Assembly (NCBI GenBank): GCA_963663805.2 | Contig: CAXXMR010000014.1 | Coordinates: forward strand, 89,016 to 153,015 | Length of the DNA: 64,000 nt | Origin: Sedimentisphaerales bacterium | GTDB taxonomy: Bacteria; Planctomycetota; Phycisphaerae; Sedimentisphaerales; SM23-30 | Direction of reading: 5' to 3' | In this document: positions 10,667 through 20,985 of the stretch, in pieces | Position numbering within the stretch: the first letter of the stretch is position 1 | How the letters are laid out: each line of letters opens with the position of its first letter | Notes under the pieces: model-generated | Told to the model about the DNA's origin: nothing | Database searches by the model: none | The model's input: the letters and a program-made list of their open reading frames with translations, nothing else | Translations under genes and position numbers: made by a program

Positions 10667-11827
10667 TTAATCCACACACCACAATTCAACAGCTAGCCAT
10701 TCATCCGCCATAACCGCTAAATCCAGACTGTCAATCACCATATCACACGGTTCAGCCAAATCGCATCGTCCAAACCAATCATCAGAACCAAACTCACCCT
10801 GCCACGCCCAGCAAAGCAACTGAAAATCACCCAAATCAACCACACCATCCAGATTTATATCCGCTCGATATTGTTGAGGACACAAAACCCCAATAGCTTC
10901 CAAATCAAAACCGCCCGACGACAATGGCAGATTCGGCGGAGCGGGCGAAGCCACCATCCACGGATCGTAAATCGCGTGGTTAACCCCAAAATTCACATAG
11001 CCCGGCCCACTGTACGGGTCCACCTGATTGGCCGCATCATCAAAATAATCACCACTGCCGGGCACATCCACCAGCCGCACATAACGAATCGCCTGTAAAT
11101 CCACCAGCCCGCCCAGCACCATCTCATGGGCCGCTAATTCATCGAGGTCAAAAGCTGTACCCTTACAAACGCCATTATAATTCGGATGCTTACCCGCCAG
11201 ATTATGTATCAGCGTAACATCGGTACACAAAAAATTACTGGCTGATTCCGGTTCTTCTACCAACGACACCGCTGAGAATCGTGCGAAATTTGTCCCGTCA
11301 CTGGAAACCTCGACATAAGCAAACTCCGCGAAAATCGTCCCGCCCAAATGACCGTCACCCTCGCCCGAATCAACAAAACCATTTTCAAAAACTGCGAAGT
11401 CATAACCCGCCCCGTCATGAATCGCGTATTGTGGGTCACTCAAATCGTTCGGGTCCGCCGGATTGCCAAACCCCAACGTAATACTGCCCGGTAAATCACC
11501 CGCGGCAATATCCGCCGCATGGAGCTCGCCCAAACTAACCACATCCGTAAAATACAATCCCGTCGCAGGGCCCAGTGCCCGGTTCGGGTCATTGAAACAA
11601 ACCCCGTAAAGACTGCCCACATCCTCCGCCGGACGGTAATCAACCACCTTAGTCGCCCAGTTGCGGAATATCGGATTGACCTGCCCCGCGGCAGGGTCGG
11701 CGTGCCTGCCGTCCACCCCGATATAGCCGGCAATGCCCAGCTCATTATACGGGCCGGCGACGGCACTGCTAACCAGCACCGCCGCGACCACCATAATCAG
11801 CGTTAAAGTCTCACGCATAAGCTTCAT
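10667..11827 (-). CDS. Secreted protein with C-terminal dockerin-like domain, possible cobalamin-binding surface protein
   Basis: Signal peptide; VSLG...GSITLGF...GYDFAVFENGF...VEVSSDG...GFDLEA; ADINLDGVVDLGD; riboswitch context. Confidence 0.7.
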   Translation of the reverse strand: MKLMRETLTLIMVVAAVLVSSAVAGPYNELGIAGYIGVDGRHADPAAGQVNPIFRNWATKVVDYRPAEDVGSLYGVCFNDPNRALGPATGLYFTDVVSLGELHAADIAAGDLPGSITLGFGNPADPNDLSDPQYAIHDGAGYDFAVFENGFVDSGEGDGHLGGTIFAEFAYVEVSSDGTNFARFSAVSLVEEPESASNFLCTDVTLIHNLAGKHPNYNGVCKGTAFDLDELAAHEMVLGGLVDLQAIRYVRLVDVPGSGDYFDDAANQVDPYSGPGYVNFGVNHAIYDPWMVASPAPPNLPLSSGGFDLEAIGVLCPQQYRADINLDGVVDLGDFQLLCWAWQGEFGSDDWFGRCDLAEPCDMVIDSLDLAVMADEWLAVELWCVD

Positions 11828-11841
11828 AATCGACAGCTTCC

Positions 11842-12609
11842 TTAAGCACCTCTACGACGCAACAGCACACCGCCCAAACCCAGCAGCACCATCGTCATCG
11901 GCTCCGGCACAATCGTGTCAATCGCGAAATAAGCTGGCGTGTTCATCCCGAAATACGGGTCGTTATCTGTAGAACTCATAGTGAACTCCAGACTCGAAAC
12001 CGCACCCAGCGATGTAAGGTCAATTGTCGCCCAGTCGCCCAGAATGAATTCCGCACCGTCCCGGAAATCCGCCAGATAAAAATCTAGTGTCTTATCCGCG
12101 GTCAGTTCATCATTATCCTTGCCGGTAATCGTCAACTTGAACCAGTCACCGTCACTAAAAGCAGTCGCCCCGCCGCAGCCATCCCGCAACGCCAGATACC
12201 CGTAAGTCGTGTTGGTAACCAAAATCAAATCTACCACTCGCTCCGAATTAAAACTAAGCGTCGGAACCGGATCCCACGAGCTATAATAACCAACACCATA
12301 ATTCGCCGAGCCATCCGCCCCGCCACCGGTAATCGCACTATATTGATTACCATGGCCGGCCGTCGTCGTGTCAGTCATGTTCGAATAAGCAAAACCCGAC
12401 CAGGACGTCATCCCGCCGCCCCAATCAGTAAATGTATTACTAAAATTTGCCATACCGCTCACAAAAACACCGCTACCATCAGAACCATTCCAGTACGACT
12501 CGGCCCCCAAACTCAAATCATCAAAATCCGCAATAACACCTGCCTGGACACCAATCGCCAGAGCAGCCATCAACAACATCGAAACGCTCATCACCCTTAA
12601 CATTTTCAT
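11842..12609 (-). CDS. DUF4465-type protein with PEP-CTERM tail, first gene after the cobalamin riboswitch
   Basis: YWNGSD, SWSGFAYSN, GDWFKLTI, FYLADFR, GMNTPAYFAID; VPEP + TM + RRR. Confidence 0.88.
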   Translation of the reverse strand: MKMLRVMSVSMLLMAALAIGVQAGVIADFDDLSLGAESYWNGSDGSGVFVSGMANFSNTFTDWGGGMTSWSGFAYSNMTDTTTAGHGNQYSAITGGGADGSANYGVGYYSSWDPVPTLSFNSERVVDLILVTNTTYGYLALRDGCGGATAFSDGDWFKLTITGKDNDELTADKTLDFYLADFRDGAEFILGDWATIDLTSLGAVSSLEFTMSSTDNDPYFGMNTPAYFAIDTIVPEPMTMVLLGLGGVLLRRRGA

Positions 12610-12844
12610 CTCCGATCAATAACCAAAAATAAACTGTAAACCACGCGGCCCGCGGTCTGACGATGAGCTCTGTCGTACAAACCATTCAAAAAAGCATCGA
12701 CACGCCGCAAAACAAATAATGCCGACACCCAAAAATAACGTCGGGTATATTGACGTTTAATTCCATTTACGCTCAAGCTAAATAATGCGGAGACCGGGGA
12801 CATCCCGGCGGACAGGAAGCCTCGGTACTCCGCCATGCGAGCAT

Positions 12845-12881
12845 AAAAAAAGCCTTACGCTTCGTGAATGAAACGTAAGGC
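12845..12881 (-). terminator. Attenuator terminator in the riboswitch expression platform
   Basis: Minus strand GCCTTACG-TTTCATTCACGAAG-CGTAAGGC-TTTTTTT. Confidence 0.85.
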
Positions 12882-12967
12882 CATTAATTCCTATACCAAC
12901 AGAAGGTCCGCAGACCTGCCGGGTTACGTCTGACTCAGTCCACGAAGTCAATAAATAACAAATACTG

Positions 12968-13132
12968 GTTAGGCAGGTCTTCTGGCTCTCGGATCATCCT
13001 ACTCACCGGGCCTTCCCATCCTTTCGGACAGTGGCATACACCGGTTTTCGTCCCCGATCACAGCGGCGGGTCCGCGACGGTTTCGCACCGTCTTCCCATT
13101 TAAGACTCAAAAATCAAGTCACCTGAACCGCA
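12968..13132 (-). ncRNA. Cobalamin (AdoCbl) riboswitch
   Basis: Minus strand AATGGGAAGACGGTGCGAAACCGTCGCGGACCCGCCGCTGTGA...GCCACTG...GGGAAGGC...GAGCCAGAAGACCTGCC (B12 box). Confidence 0.95.
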
Positions 13133-13234
13133 ACTCTATTCACTTGTAATTTCAATGCTGGACGAAATGTAACCCACACACACCCAGTTGTCAAGTGACA
13201 TTTGTCACATTTCTATATTTTTTTTGGTCGGCCC

Positions 13235-14377
13235 TCAGACCGCAAACCCCAAATTGCCCAGCTTACCCAAAACCCCCGCCCGCTCCGGCAACAGCCGAAC
13301 CTGAGTATTATAAGCCTCACGACGCACCGGATACCCCTTCCGCAACTTATCAAAATACTTGCCAAACTCCTCATCGGCCAACCCTGCCCCGCCCCGCAAA
13401 TCTGCGTCATCCTTTTCAATATCATAAATAGCGGTAAACGCCCGCCTCAAAATCCCCTCATCCGAAAGCCCCTCCGTATCAATTGTCAGCTCAGCCACCG
13501 GCGGCTCCGGCAACAGCTCATGCGCCGCCAACCGTTCCGGCCGCCCCAAAAACTCACACAAATAATTAAACAACATCACCGTACCATTAACCTTGCCGTC
13601 CAGCGAATAACCCGCAATATGAGGACTAACCAGGGACACCATTCCCATCAACTCCCGATCTATCGCCGGCTCACCTTCCCACACGTCCAGCAAAACATCA
13701 CGTCTATGTTTACCCAAATGTTCCTTCAAGGCCGCGTTATCAACTACCGCCCCGCGCGAACTGTTCAGCAATACCGCACCCTCACGCAACTGGCCCAACC
13801 GATTCTCATCCAGCAAATGGTACGTCGAATAAGCACCGTTCTTATTCAAAGGTACATGACAGGTAACAAAATCCGCTTCTAACGCCTTATCCAGCGAAAC
13901 AAACCGGCAGTCCGAAGTACGCTCCTGCAAAGGCGGGTCATTCGGCAAAGACCGCATCCCCAAAACCTTGACCTTCTGCTCCAAACGAGAACCAATATTA
14001 CCCACCCCGATTATCCCGATACTCTTACCGGCCAACTCCTCACCCCGCCGCTGGGCCAATACCAGCAGCGCCGTCAGAATATATTCCGTCACCGAATCCG
14101 CATTGGAACCCGCCGCACTATGAAATATAATCCCACGACGTGCCAGATAATCCTGGTCCACATGGTCCGTACCGATAGTGGCTGTTCCCACAAACTTCAC
14201 AGAAGTATTTTCCAGCAGCCCAGCGTTAACCTGAGTTATCGAACGCACCAGCAGCACATCAGCATCCGCCAGCATATCAGCCGAAACCTCCCGCCCCGCA
14301 ACACAGCGAACCTCACCCAAGTCACCAAACGCACGCTCAACATACGGAATATTTTCATCTGCCACTATTTTTATCAT
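13235..14377 (-). CDS. pdxB: Erythronate-4-phosphate dehydrogenase
   Basis: KIVADENIPY, LLVRSIT, GTATIGTDHVD, GVGNIG, LDVWEGEP, PHIAGYSLDGK, YPVRRE. Confidence 0.95.
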   Translation of the reverse strand: MIKIVADENIPYVERAFGDLGEVRCVAGREVSADMLADADVLLVRSITQVNAGLLENTSVKFVGTATIGTDHVDQDYLARRGIIFHSAAGSNADSVTEYILTALLVLAQRRGEELAGKSIGIIGVGNIGSRLEQKVKVLGMRSLPNDPPLQERTSDCRFVSLDKALEADFVTCHVPLNKNGAYSTYHLLDENRLGQLREGAVLLNSSRGAVVDNAALKEHLGKHRRDVLLDVWEGEPAIDRELMGMVSLVSPHIAGYSLDGKVNGTVMLFNYLCEFLGRPERLAAHELLPEPPVAELTIDTEGLSDEGILRRAFTAIYDIEKDDADLRGGAGLADEEFGKYFDKLRKGYPVRREAYNTQVRLLPERAGVLGKLGNLGFAV

Positions 14378-14565
14378 GATAGAATAATAGAGCCACCCCC
14401 AACATTAGCAAGAAAAATACCTCCTTGACATCACCCGCCCAACTGCTCGAATCAGACAAAGCCCAAACCTATAACGTAAAAGGCGCAGGCGGAGACACCA
14501 ACAACCCCCTGAAGTAAAGCTCTTCAAATTCGTCTATCACAAGTTACCTAAAGATAGCGGATAGA

Positions 14566-15978
14566 CTATTTTTTCTTAAAAAGCGGGAATCGTTTCGAAT
14601 CAGTCCGGGCCGCCTTGAATAACCGCTTCATATCCGCCACAACCGCTGGATACTCATCCGCCACATTACGAGTCTCACCCGGGTCATCCGCCAGATTATA
14701 AAGCTCCATCGGCGTTTCAGGCTTCTTCTGCAAATCCAAACGGACCGCCTTGAAATCACCTTTCAAAATCGCCTGCTTGCCGTTTCTCTCCGGAAATTCC
14801 CAGTAAAGATACTCATGCTCCTTCTGCCCACCCTTGGCCAAAAATGTCGGCAGCATCGAAATACCATCTATACCATCAGGAGCCTTCACGCCCGCCATTT
14901 CACAAAACGTCGGCAGCATATCCCAAAACGCCGAAACATGCCCCGAAACCACACCCGCCGGAACCGCACCCGGCCAACGTGCGACAAACGGAGCCCGTAT
15001 CCCGCCCTCATATAAATCACGCTTCAACCCCCGCAAAGGACCGTTACTGTCCCAGAATTCCGGGTCATGCCCGCCTTCCTTGTGCGCCCCGTTATCACTG
15101 GTAAATATCACCAGAGTATTATCGTCAATCCCCAACTCCTTCAACAAAGCCAGCAGCTCACCCACCCCATTATCCAGATGCTCAACCATCGCCGGAAAAG
15201 CCGCTACCGGATTAACCACGTCAGGCCCGTCATACTTACCAACCTTATCCTCAAACTGCGGAAACAGCTTGCGATACTTATCGTGAAGTTCCTTAGGAGC
15301 GTGCATCGAAGCATGAGGAATCGTCACCGGCAGATAACAGAAAAACGCCTTGTCTTTATTCGCCCGAACAAAATCAAGCGCCGCACCCATTATCAAATCA
15401 TGAGAATAAACCTTGCCGCCAAGTTGAACCTTCTCCCGATTATGCCATAAATACTCAGGGTAATAATTATGAGCCCGCCGCTGACAATTGTAACCATAAA
15501 ATTCATCAAAAAATACCATCGGGTCACTAACCGAACCAGGCGACCCCATCCCCCACTTGCCAAAAGCACCCGAAACATAACCCGCCGGCCGCAGCACATC
15601 AGGAATCGTAACCGTGCTGGCCTCCATCGCTCCCTGCCCTTCCCATTTCATCTCCTTATTGCCCCGAATCGAAGCATGACCCGTATGCAGCCCGGTCATT
15701 ATCGTACAACGCGAAGGCGCACAAACCGTACTGCCCGAATAATGACGAGTAAACTTCATCCCCTCAGCCGCCAGCCGGTCAATATTCGGCGTACGAAACT
15801 TCTTCTGGCCATAGCAGCTTAAATCACCATACCCCAAATCGTCCGCCAGAATATAAATAATATTAGGACCCCGCTTCGCCGAATTCGCCGCCCCCAGACA
15901 ACCCGGCAAACTCGCCGCCGCCAAACCCAAACCCACAGCTTTCAAAAAATTACGACGACTGCTTCTTACCGAATCCAT
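14566..15978 (-). CDS. Tat-exported Cys-type sulfatase (arylsulfatase family)
   Basis: SRRNFLK twin-arginine signal; PNIIYILADDLGYGD; CAPSR; FTSDNG. Confidence 0.95.
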   Translation of the reverse strand: MDSVRSSRRNFLKAVGLGLAAASLPGCLGAANSAKRGPNIIYILADDLGYGDLSCYGQKKFRTPNIDRLAAEGMKFTRHYSGSTVCAPSRCTIMTGLHTGHASIRGNKEMKWEGQGAMEASTVTIPDVLRPAGYVSGAFGKWGMGSPGSVSDPMVFFDEFYGYNCQRRAHNYYPEYLWHNREKVQLGGKVYSHDLIMGAALDFVRANKDKAFFCYLPVTIPHASMHAPKELHDKYRKLFPQFEDKVGKYDGPDVVNPVAAFPAMVEHLDNGVGELLALLKELGIDDNTLVIFTSDNGAHKEGGHDPEFWDSNGPLRGLKRDLYEGGIRAPFVARWPGAVPAGVVSGHVSAFWDMLPTFCEMAGVKAPDGIDGISMLPTFLAKGGQKEHEYLYWEFPERNGKQAILKGDFKAVRLDLQKKPETPMELYNLADDPGETRNVADEYPAVVADMKRLFKAARTDSKRFPLFKKK

Positions 15979-16233
15979 ACCACCGGCCTCCAAAACTATG
16001 CGATTAAACTCTCAGACAAGGCATTCTAAACTCTAGATAAAACCTCCGCAATCAATAAAATGTGAGATATACATGCAATTCGTGATAAACCAGAACCACA
16101 AAGCTGAAATATTATCCTTGACATCATCAGCCCCCAAAATCATAATGGCTGTCGTCAAAGGCATGTGAATCAGAGAGCCGACCTTTTGTGGATACCGTCC
16201 ACCCTAAAAAATACATTGAGTAGGAGCAACCCA

Positions 16234-17478
16234 ATGGCCGCTGATTTTACGCGCAGAGATTTCCTGAAAACCCTGACCGCAACCGCCGCCACACTAACCC
16301 TGCCCGCCGCAAAACTTTACGCAACACCAAATCAGCCGGACACTCCCCCGGCTCCCTCATATCTCGCTGATTACAAAGAACTATACCTCCAAAACCCCCG
16401 CCAGGCCGCTCTCGAATGGTTCAAAAACGCCGAGATCGGGCTTTTCATGCATTACGGAATCTACAGCATACAGGCCCAGGGCGAATGGGCACTCAGAAAC
16501 GAAAAAATCCCCCCTGCCCAATACGAAAAACTCAAAGACCGTTTTACCGCCAAAAAATTCGACCCCGATTTCATCACCGACCTCGCCCACCAGGCCGGCA
16601 TGAAATATGTCAACATAACCGCACGCCACCACGACGGCTTCTGCCTTTTTGAAACCAAACAATCAGATTATCACGCCGCCAACAGCCCCGCCCAACGCGA
16701 TTTAATCGCCGAACTAGCCCAACAATGCCAAAAGAAAAAACTCGGATTATTCCTCTACTATTCCTACGCACTCGATTGGCACCACCCATACTTCTACCCC
16801 ACAAAATACAGCCTGCCCGGACGAACCAGCCTCGACAATCCCGCCCCCGGCTACAAATTTAGAACCGACGAAGATTTCAAACACTACCTAGAATTCGCTC
16901 ATAACCAAATCAAAGAACTGCTGACCAACTACGGCCCACTCGCCGGAATCTGGTTCGACCCCATGACACCTTTCTATGGACGACCAGACCTTTTCCCCAT
17001 CGAACAAACCTACGCTATGATTCGCGAAATGCAGCCCCAAACCCTCATTTCCTTCAAACAGGGCGCAAACGGAACCGAAGACTTCGCCGCACCCGAACGC
17101 TCCGGAAAAATTAGTTACGAGTGGGTCAAAAAACGCTTCCCCAACAATCCCCTCAGCTACGAAGTTGCCAAAAACGCCTGTGAGAAAAATCAAAACAAAC
17201 ACAACGAAATATGCGATACCCTGCAAAGACATAAATGGGGCTATTGCAAATCAGAAGATAATGACCATCTGACTCCCGCCGAGGTCATAACCAAACTCAA
17301 CCACGCCCGCGACATCAACTGCAACCTGCTAATCAACACCGGCCCCCTGCCCGACGGTTCTATACACCCCGCCGACATTGAAACCCTCCGGAACCTAAAA
17401 AAAATATCCCAAAACAACCAGCCACCCACCAAAAACAACCAACCAAAAACTCAGAACGACACCCTGATATGTCAATAA
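16234..17478 (+). CDS. Tat-exported alpha-L-fucosidase (GH29)
   Basis: TRRDFLK; WFKNAEIGLFMHYG; ITARHHDGF; GIWFD; LLINTGP. Confidence 0.92.
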   Translation: MAADFTRRDFLKTLTATAATLTLPAAKLYATPNQPDTPPAPSYLADYKELYLQNPRQAALEWFKNAEIGLFMHYGIYSIQAQGEWALRNEKIPPAQYEKLKDRFTAKKFDPDFITDLAHQAGMKYVNITARHHDGFCLFETKQSDYHAANSPAQRDLIAELAQQCQKKKLGLFLYYSYALDWHHPYFYPTKYSLPGRTSLDNPAPGYKFRTDEDFKHYLEFAHNQIKELLTNYGPLAGIWFDPMTPFYGRPDLFPIEQTYAMIREMQPQTLISFKQGANGTEDFAAPERSGKISYEWVKKRFPNNPLSYEVAKNACEKNQNKHNEICDTLQRHKWGYCKSEDNDHLTPAEVITKLNHARDINCNLLINTGPLPDGSIHPADIETLRNLKKISQNNQPPTKNNQPKTQNDTLICQ

Positions 17479-17648
17479 CACAAACACCCTTATTCTCAAT
17501 TAAATGCGCAAAAAAAATGATTACCTGTCTATAATAAATAGCAGGTGAATATTGCTTAAGAACCATCTTCTTCCCATCTGGAAGAACCTGACAAGTAAAT
17601 ACCCTGAGAATCGTTTGAACCAAATTCTTTTGCATAAGGAGAACTATC

Positions 17649-18323
17649 ATGCGCTGTAAAAAAAATACCGTCACACTCCTGCTGATATTAGCAGCCGTTC
17701 TGGCAGGACCAACAGCCGAAAAAACCATGGCAATCGAAAAACTAACTTACAAAGTAATAGAAAAACAAGGCGAGATCGAAATAAGGGAATACCAGGGATA
17801 TATCGAGGCACAAACAGTTGTAAATGAGGAATTTACAAAAGCGGGGAACAAGGCCTTCTCTCGACTCTTCGATTATATCTCAGGCAAAAACGAAACCGAA
17901 AAAGATATCAGCATGACCGCGACCGTCAATCAGCAAAAAACCGGCAAAAAAATCGCTATGACGGCCCCGGTAAATCAACAGGCACAGCAGGACCAGTGGG
18001 TAATATCGTTTGTAATGCCGAAAAAGTTCACGATGGAAACACTGCCCAAACCGCAGGACGATAGAATAACACTGGTTCCAGTCCAGGCCTATCGAGCGGC
18101 CGCTATCAGATACTCCGGATTCTGGAGCAAGGCAGGATACCTGAAACATCTGGAGAAATTACAAAAATACATGGCCGAAAACAAACTTGAAGCAGAAGGT
18201 CCGCCCATCTAGGCACGCTACAACTCACCTTTCTCACTCTGGTTCCTGAGAAGAAACGAGGTCATCATCCCCCTGGAAAAACAAGAAAAGACCCCAAAGA
18301 AAACCCCAAAACCGACTTCGTAG
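17649..18323 (+). pseudogene. SOUL-family heme-binding protein with in-frame TAG at 18210-18212
   Basis: EIREY, AFSRLFDYISG, IAMTAPV, FVMP; frame continues past the TAG as ARYNSPFSLWFLRRNEVIIP, the expected C-terminal motif. Confidence 0.85.
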
Positions 18324-18354
18324 GAGAGGGACGGTAATTTTTCTACTCCGGTCC

Positions 18355-18565
18355 CCGACCACCGCTCATCAGAGCCGCGCACGTAAGTAAGCGGTGCCGT
18401 TAAATTAAACCACTCCGACCGAAGGTCGAACCTCGCCGTCACCCCCTCCCATCCAAAGGATGCCATTTACCCCCGCCCCTCAAGGCGGCCCCCCCAACCC
18501 CAACCAACTCCCCCCTGTCCATCAAGTCCACTCCGTCCAGAAAGTCCAGAAAAGTCCACATTTCG
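18355..18565. repeat. Mosaic of REP-like mini-hairpins and degenerate 9-mer (gtccaNNNN) tandem repeats
   Basis: catcagagccgcgcacgtaagtaagcggtgccgttaaat recurs at ~50256-50294; gtcca-periodic tract also at 46086-46121. Confidence 0.8.
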
Positions 18566-18820
18566 ACCCGCGAATTTCCGAAAAAAACGTTCAAAAAAGC
18601 CAAAAAACATGATTTTTCCGTCAAAAACCGTTCAAAAAGCCCTCAAAAAACACCAAAAATCGACACTTTCCAGCACATTTGCGTCGATTTACCCCACCAA
18701 ATTTCTCTAAATCAGCTTACTGCTCTAAACAAACCAGCCGATTTTGCGGACACACCCTTCTCGCACCCGATGATAATTATGATTTGCCGTAAATAGACCT
18801 AAACCCGTATAATTGAAAAA

Positions 18821-19201
18821 ATGAAGAATAAAGCAAATAACCTAACCATCTGTCACTGCCTCACGGCTCTGGCCTGCCTCGTGCTCGCCGGCTGTGCCGC
18901 CAACCGACTCAAACCAGTGGGTATCTCCGACCTGGAACACAAGGACCCCGCCCGTCGCATCCGGGCTATCAAGTGGGCCGGCGAAAATCAGGTCACCGAA
19001 GCTATCCCCCTGCTCATCGACCGGCTGGAGGAACAGGACCAGGCCGTCAGATTTTTCGCTATCTGTGCCCTCAGAAAAATCACCGGCGAAGATTATGGCT
19101 ATAACTACCGCCTGCCCCCTGCCTCATGCTCCCAGGCCATCAAACGCTGGCGCCAAAGCCTTACCAAACCACCGGAACCCCAAACCAACACTGCTAAATG
19201 A
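18821..19201 (+). CDS. HEAT-repeat lipoprotein
   Basis: LAGC lipobox; AIPLLIDRLEEQDQAVRFFAICAL. Confidence 0.85.
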   Translation: MKNKANNLTICHCLTALACLVLAGCAANRLKPVGISDLEHKDPARRIRAIKWAGENQVTEAIPLLIDRLEEQDQAVRFFAICALRKITGEDYGYNYRLPPASCSQAIKRWRQSLTKPPEPQTNTAK

Positions 19202-19659
19202 TTGAACAAACTCCTCAGAAACACGAAATTATGACCGTTCGCATCCAGGCTTGCCCAGAGCAAATCTGTATCGTCCGGGCCGCCGTCAATAAAACCCTAG
19301 AAATGCTCCACATGGACCCCGACATTGCCGCCAAGGTAATTCTCGCCGTCGATGAAGCCCTCACCAACATCATCCGCCACAGCTACGAAAAACCCTGCCA
19401 TCTGCCCATAACCCTAACTCTCGGCAACCAGGCCAACGCCCCCGACCGGCAAACCATCACCATAACCATCCTCGACCAGGGCAAACAGGTCCATCCCGAC
19501 CAGATTAAAAGCCGAGACCTCGATGAAATCCGCCCCGGCGGGCTCGGCGTACATATTATTCAGTCCGTAATGGACCACGTAAAATACACCCCCCGCCCCC
19601 AAGGCGGTATGCAACTGACCATGACCAAAAATTTTACCCCCGTACCAACAACCGAATAA
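19198..19659 (+). CDS. Anti-sigma factor Ser kinase (RsbW/SpoIIAB-like)
   Basis: AVDEALTNIIRHSY, DQG, GGLGVHIIQSVMD. Confidence 0.92.
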   Translation: MIEQTPQKHEIMTVRIQACPEQICIVRAAVNKTLEMLHMDPDIAAKVILAVDEALTNIIRHSYEKPCHLPITLTLGNQANAPDRQTITITILDQGKQVHPDQIKSRDLDEIRPGGLGVHIIQSVMDHVKYTPRPQGGMQLTMTKNFTPVPTTE

Positions 19660-19676
19660 ACCATAAGAGAACAGTT

Positions 19677-20024
19677 ATGACTTTCCACTACTGCAAAGTT
19701 GTCCGCGACATTAAACGAGAAAATAACAATACCATCATTGCCCTCACCGGCGACGTTGACATGAAAAACTCCATGTCGCTTCGGGACATCATCATCACCG
19801 AACTCGACCCCAAACCCGCGGCCCTGCTTATCGACCTCTCGCAGGTCTCTTTCATGGACTCATCAGGCCTCGCGGTCATCATCGAAGCCTTGCAGAGAAC
19901 CAACAAAGCCAAAACCAAACTTAAACTATTCGGTATGAAACAACAGGTACGCAACATCTTCGAAATTGCCCGCCTCGAAAAAGTCTTCCAAATATATGAA
20001 ACCGAACAAGAGGCCCTCCAGTAA
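19677..20024 (+). CDS. STAS-domain anti-sigma factor antagonist (RsbV-like)
   Basis: GDVD...IDLSQVSFMDSSGL...IFEIARL. Confidence 0.92.
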   Translation: MTFHYCKVVRDIKRENNNTIIALTGDVDMKNSMSLRDIIITELDPKPAALLIDLSQVSFMDSSGLAVIIEALQRTNKAKTKLKLFGMKQQVRNIFEIARLEKVFQIYETEQEALQ

Positions 20025-20893
20025 TGAACGATTCCGAAAATCATATCGAACGCCGCTCCCGAATCAGCCGCATGGCCCGCGCTCTGCAAAACACCGCCGA
20101 CGCGGTAGTTGATAATACCCGCCAGATGTTCACCTTCTTCGGCGGTTCAACTTTGCTGCTGGCTGAAACCGCCCGCTACACCCCCGAAGGCCTGCTCAAA
20201 CCTCAAGCCAAATCAGGACGCAAAGCCCTGATTTTTCAAATGGCCCGCGTCGGTGTCAAGGCCGTCCCCATCGTCATGCTCGTCCAGCTCGCCATCGGCA
20301 TCATCATGCCCCTGCAAATGTACAACAAACTCGATGAGTTTGGCCAGGCTGAGCAAATCGCCACCATCAACGCCATTGCCGCCTTTCGTGAACTGGCACC
20401 CCTGATGACCGCTGTGGTCCTGAGCGGTTTTGCCGGGGCCAGCATCGCCGCCGAGCTGGGCACTATGGTAACCGGTGAAGAAATCGAAGCGCTCGAATCA
20501 ATGGCCATCAGCCCCGTGAGATTCCTGGTCGTGCCCCGCCTTATCGCCACATTCATAATGATGATTGCCCTGACCGTCATCGCCGACGTCGTCATGGTGT
20601 TTGGCGGCTATATGACCGGCACATCGCTGGGTATCGACCCCGACACATTCTATCAGCTCACTCTCGAAGCGGTAAACATCCCCAGTTTCGTCACCGGCCT
20701 GGTCAAAGCCGGTATCTTCGGCGTACTCATCAGCCTCATCGCCTGCTATCTCGGCCTGTCGGTCAGACCCTGGCAGGGCAGCGAAGGTGTAGGCCATGCC
20801 ACCACCCGCACCGTGGTTTACAGCATCGTCGCTATCATCGGGGCCGATGCGGTGTTTACGGTCATCTTTTACGCTTATGGACTGTTCAAATAA
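20024..20893 (+). CDS. MlaE-family ABC permease
   Basis: RELAPLMTA, AAELGTM, EEIEALESMAISPVRFLVVPR, GVGHATTRTVV. Confidence 0.92.
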   Translation: MNDSENHIERRSRISRMARALQNTADAVVDNTRQMFTFFGGSTLLLAETARYTPEGLLKPQAKSGRKALIFQMARVGVKAVPIVMLVQLAIGIIMPLQMYNKLDEFGQAEQIATINAIAAFRELAPLMTAVVLSGFAGASIAAELGTMVTGEEIEALESMAISPVRFLVVPRLIATFIMMIALTVIADVVMVFGGYMTGTSLGIDPDTFYQLTLEAVNIPSFVTGLVKAGIFGVLISLIACYLGLSVRPWQGSEGVGHATTRTVVYSIVAIIGADAVFTVIFYAYGLFK

Positions 20894-20985
20894 ACCAACC
20901 TTTGTCGAGTATCAACTGAAACATTTAATCAAACCACCACAGAAGCCGAACCGCGTAAGCGGTCGGATAATTAAAAAACTGCCGC

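Noticed and set aside
18210..18212. Pyrrolysine or amber recoding in the SOUL gene
   Set aside because: TAG is one change from TGG (Trp), which fits before ARYN; other genes use TAG as stop; nonsense mutation or error is simpler
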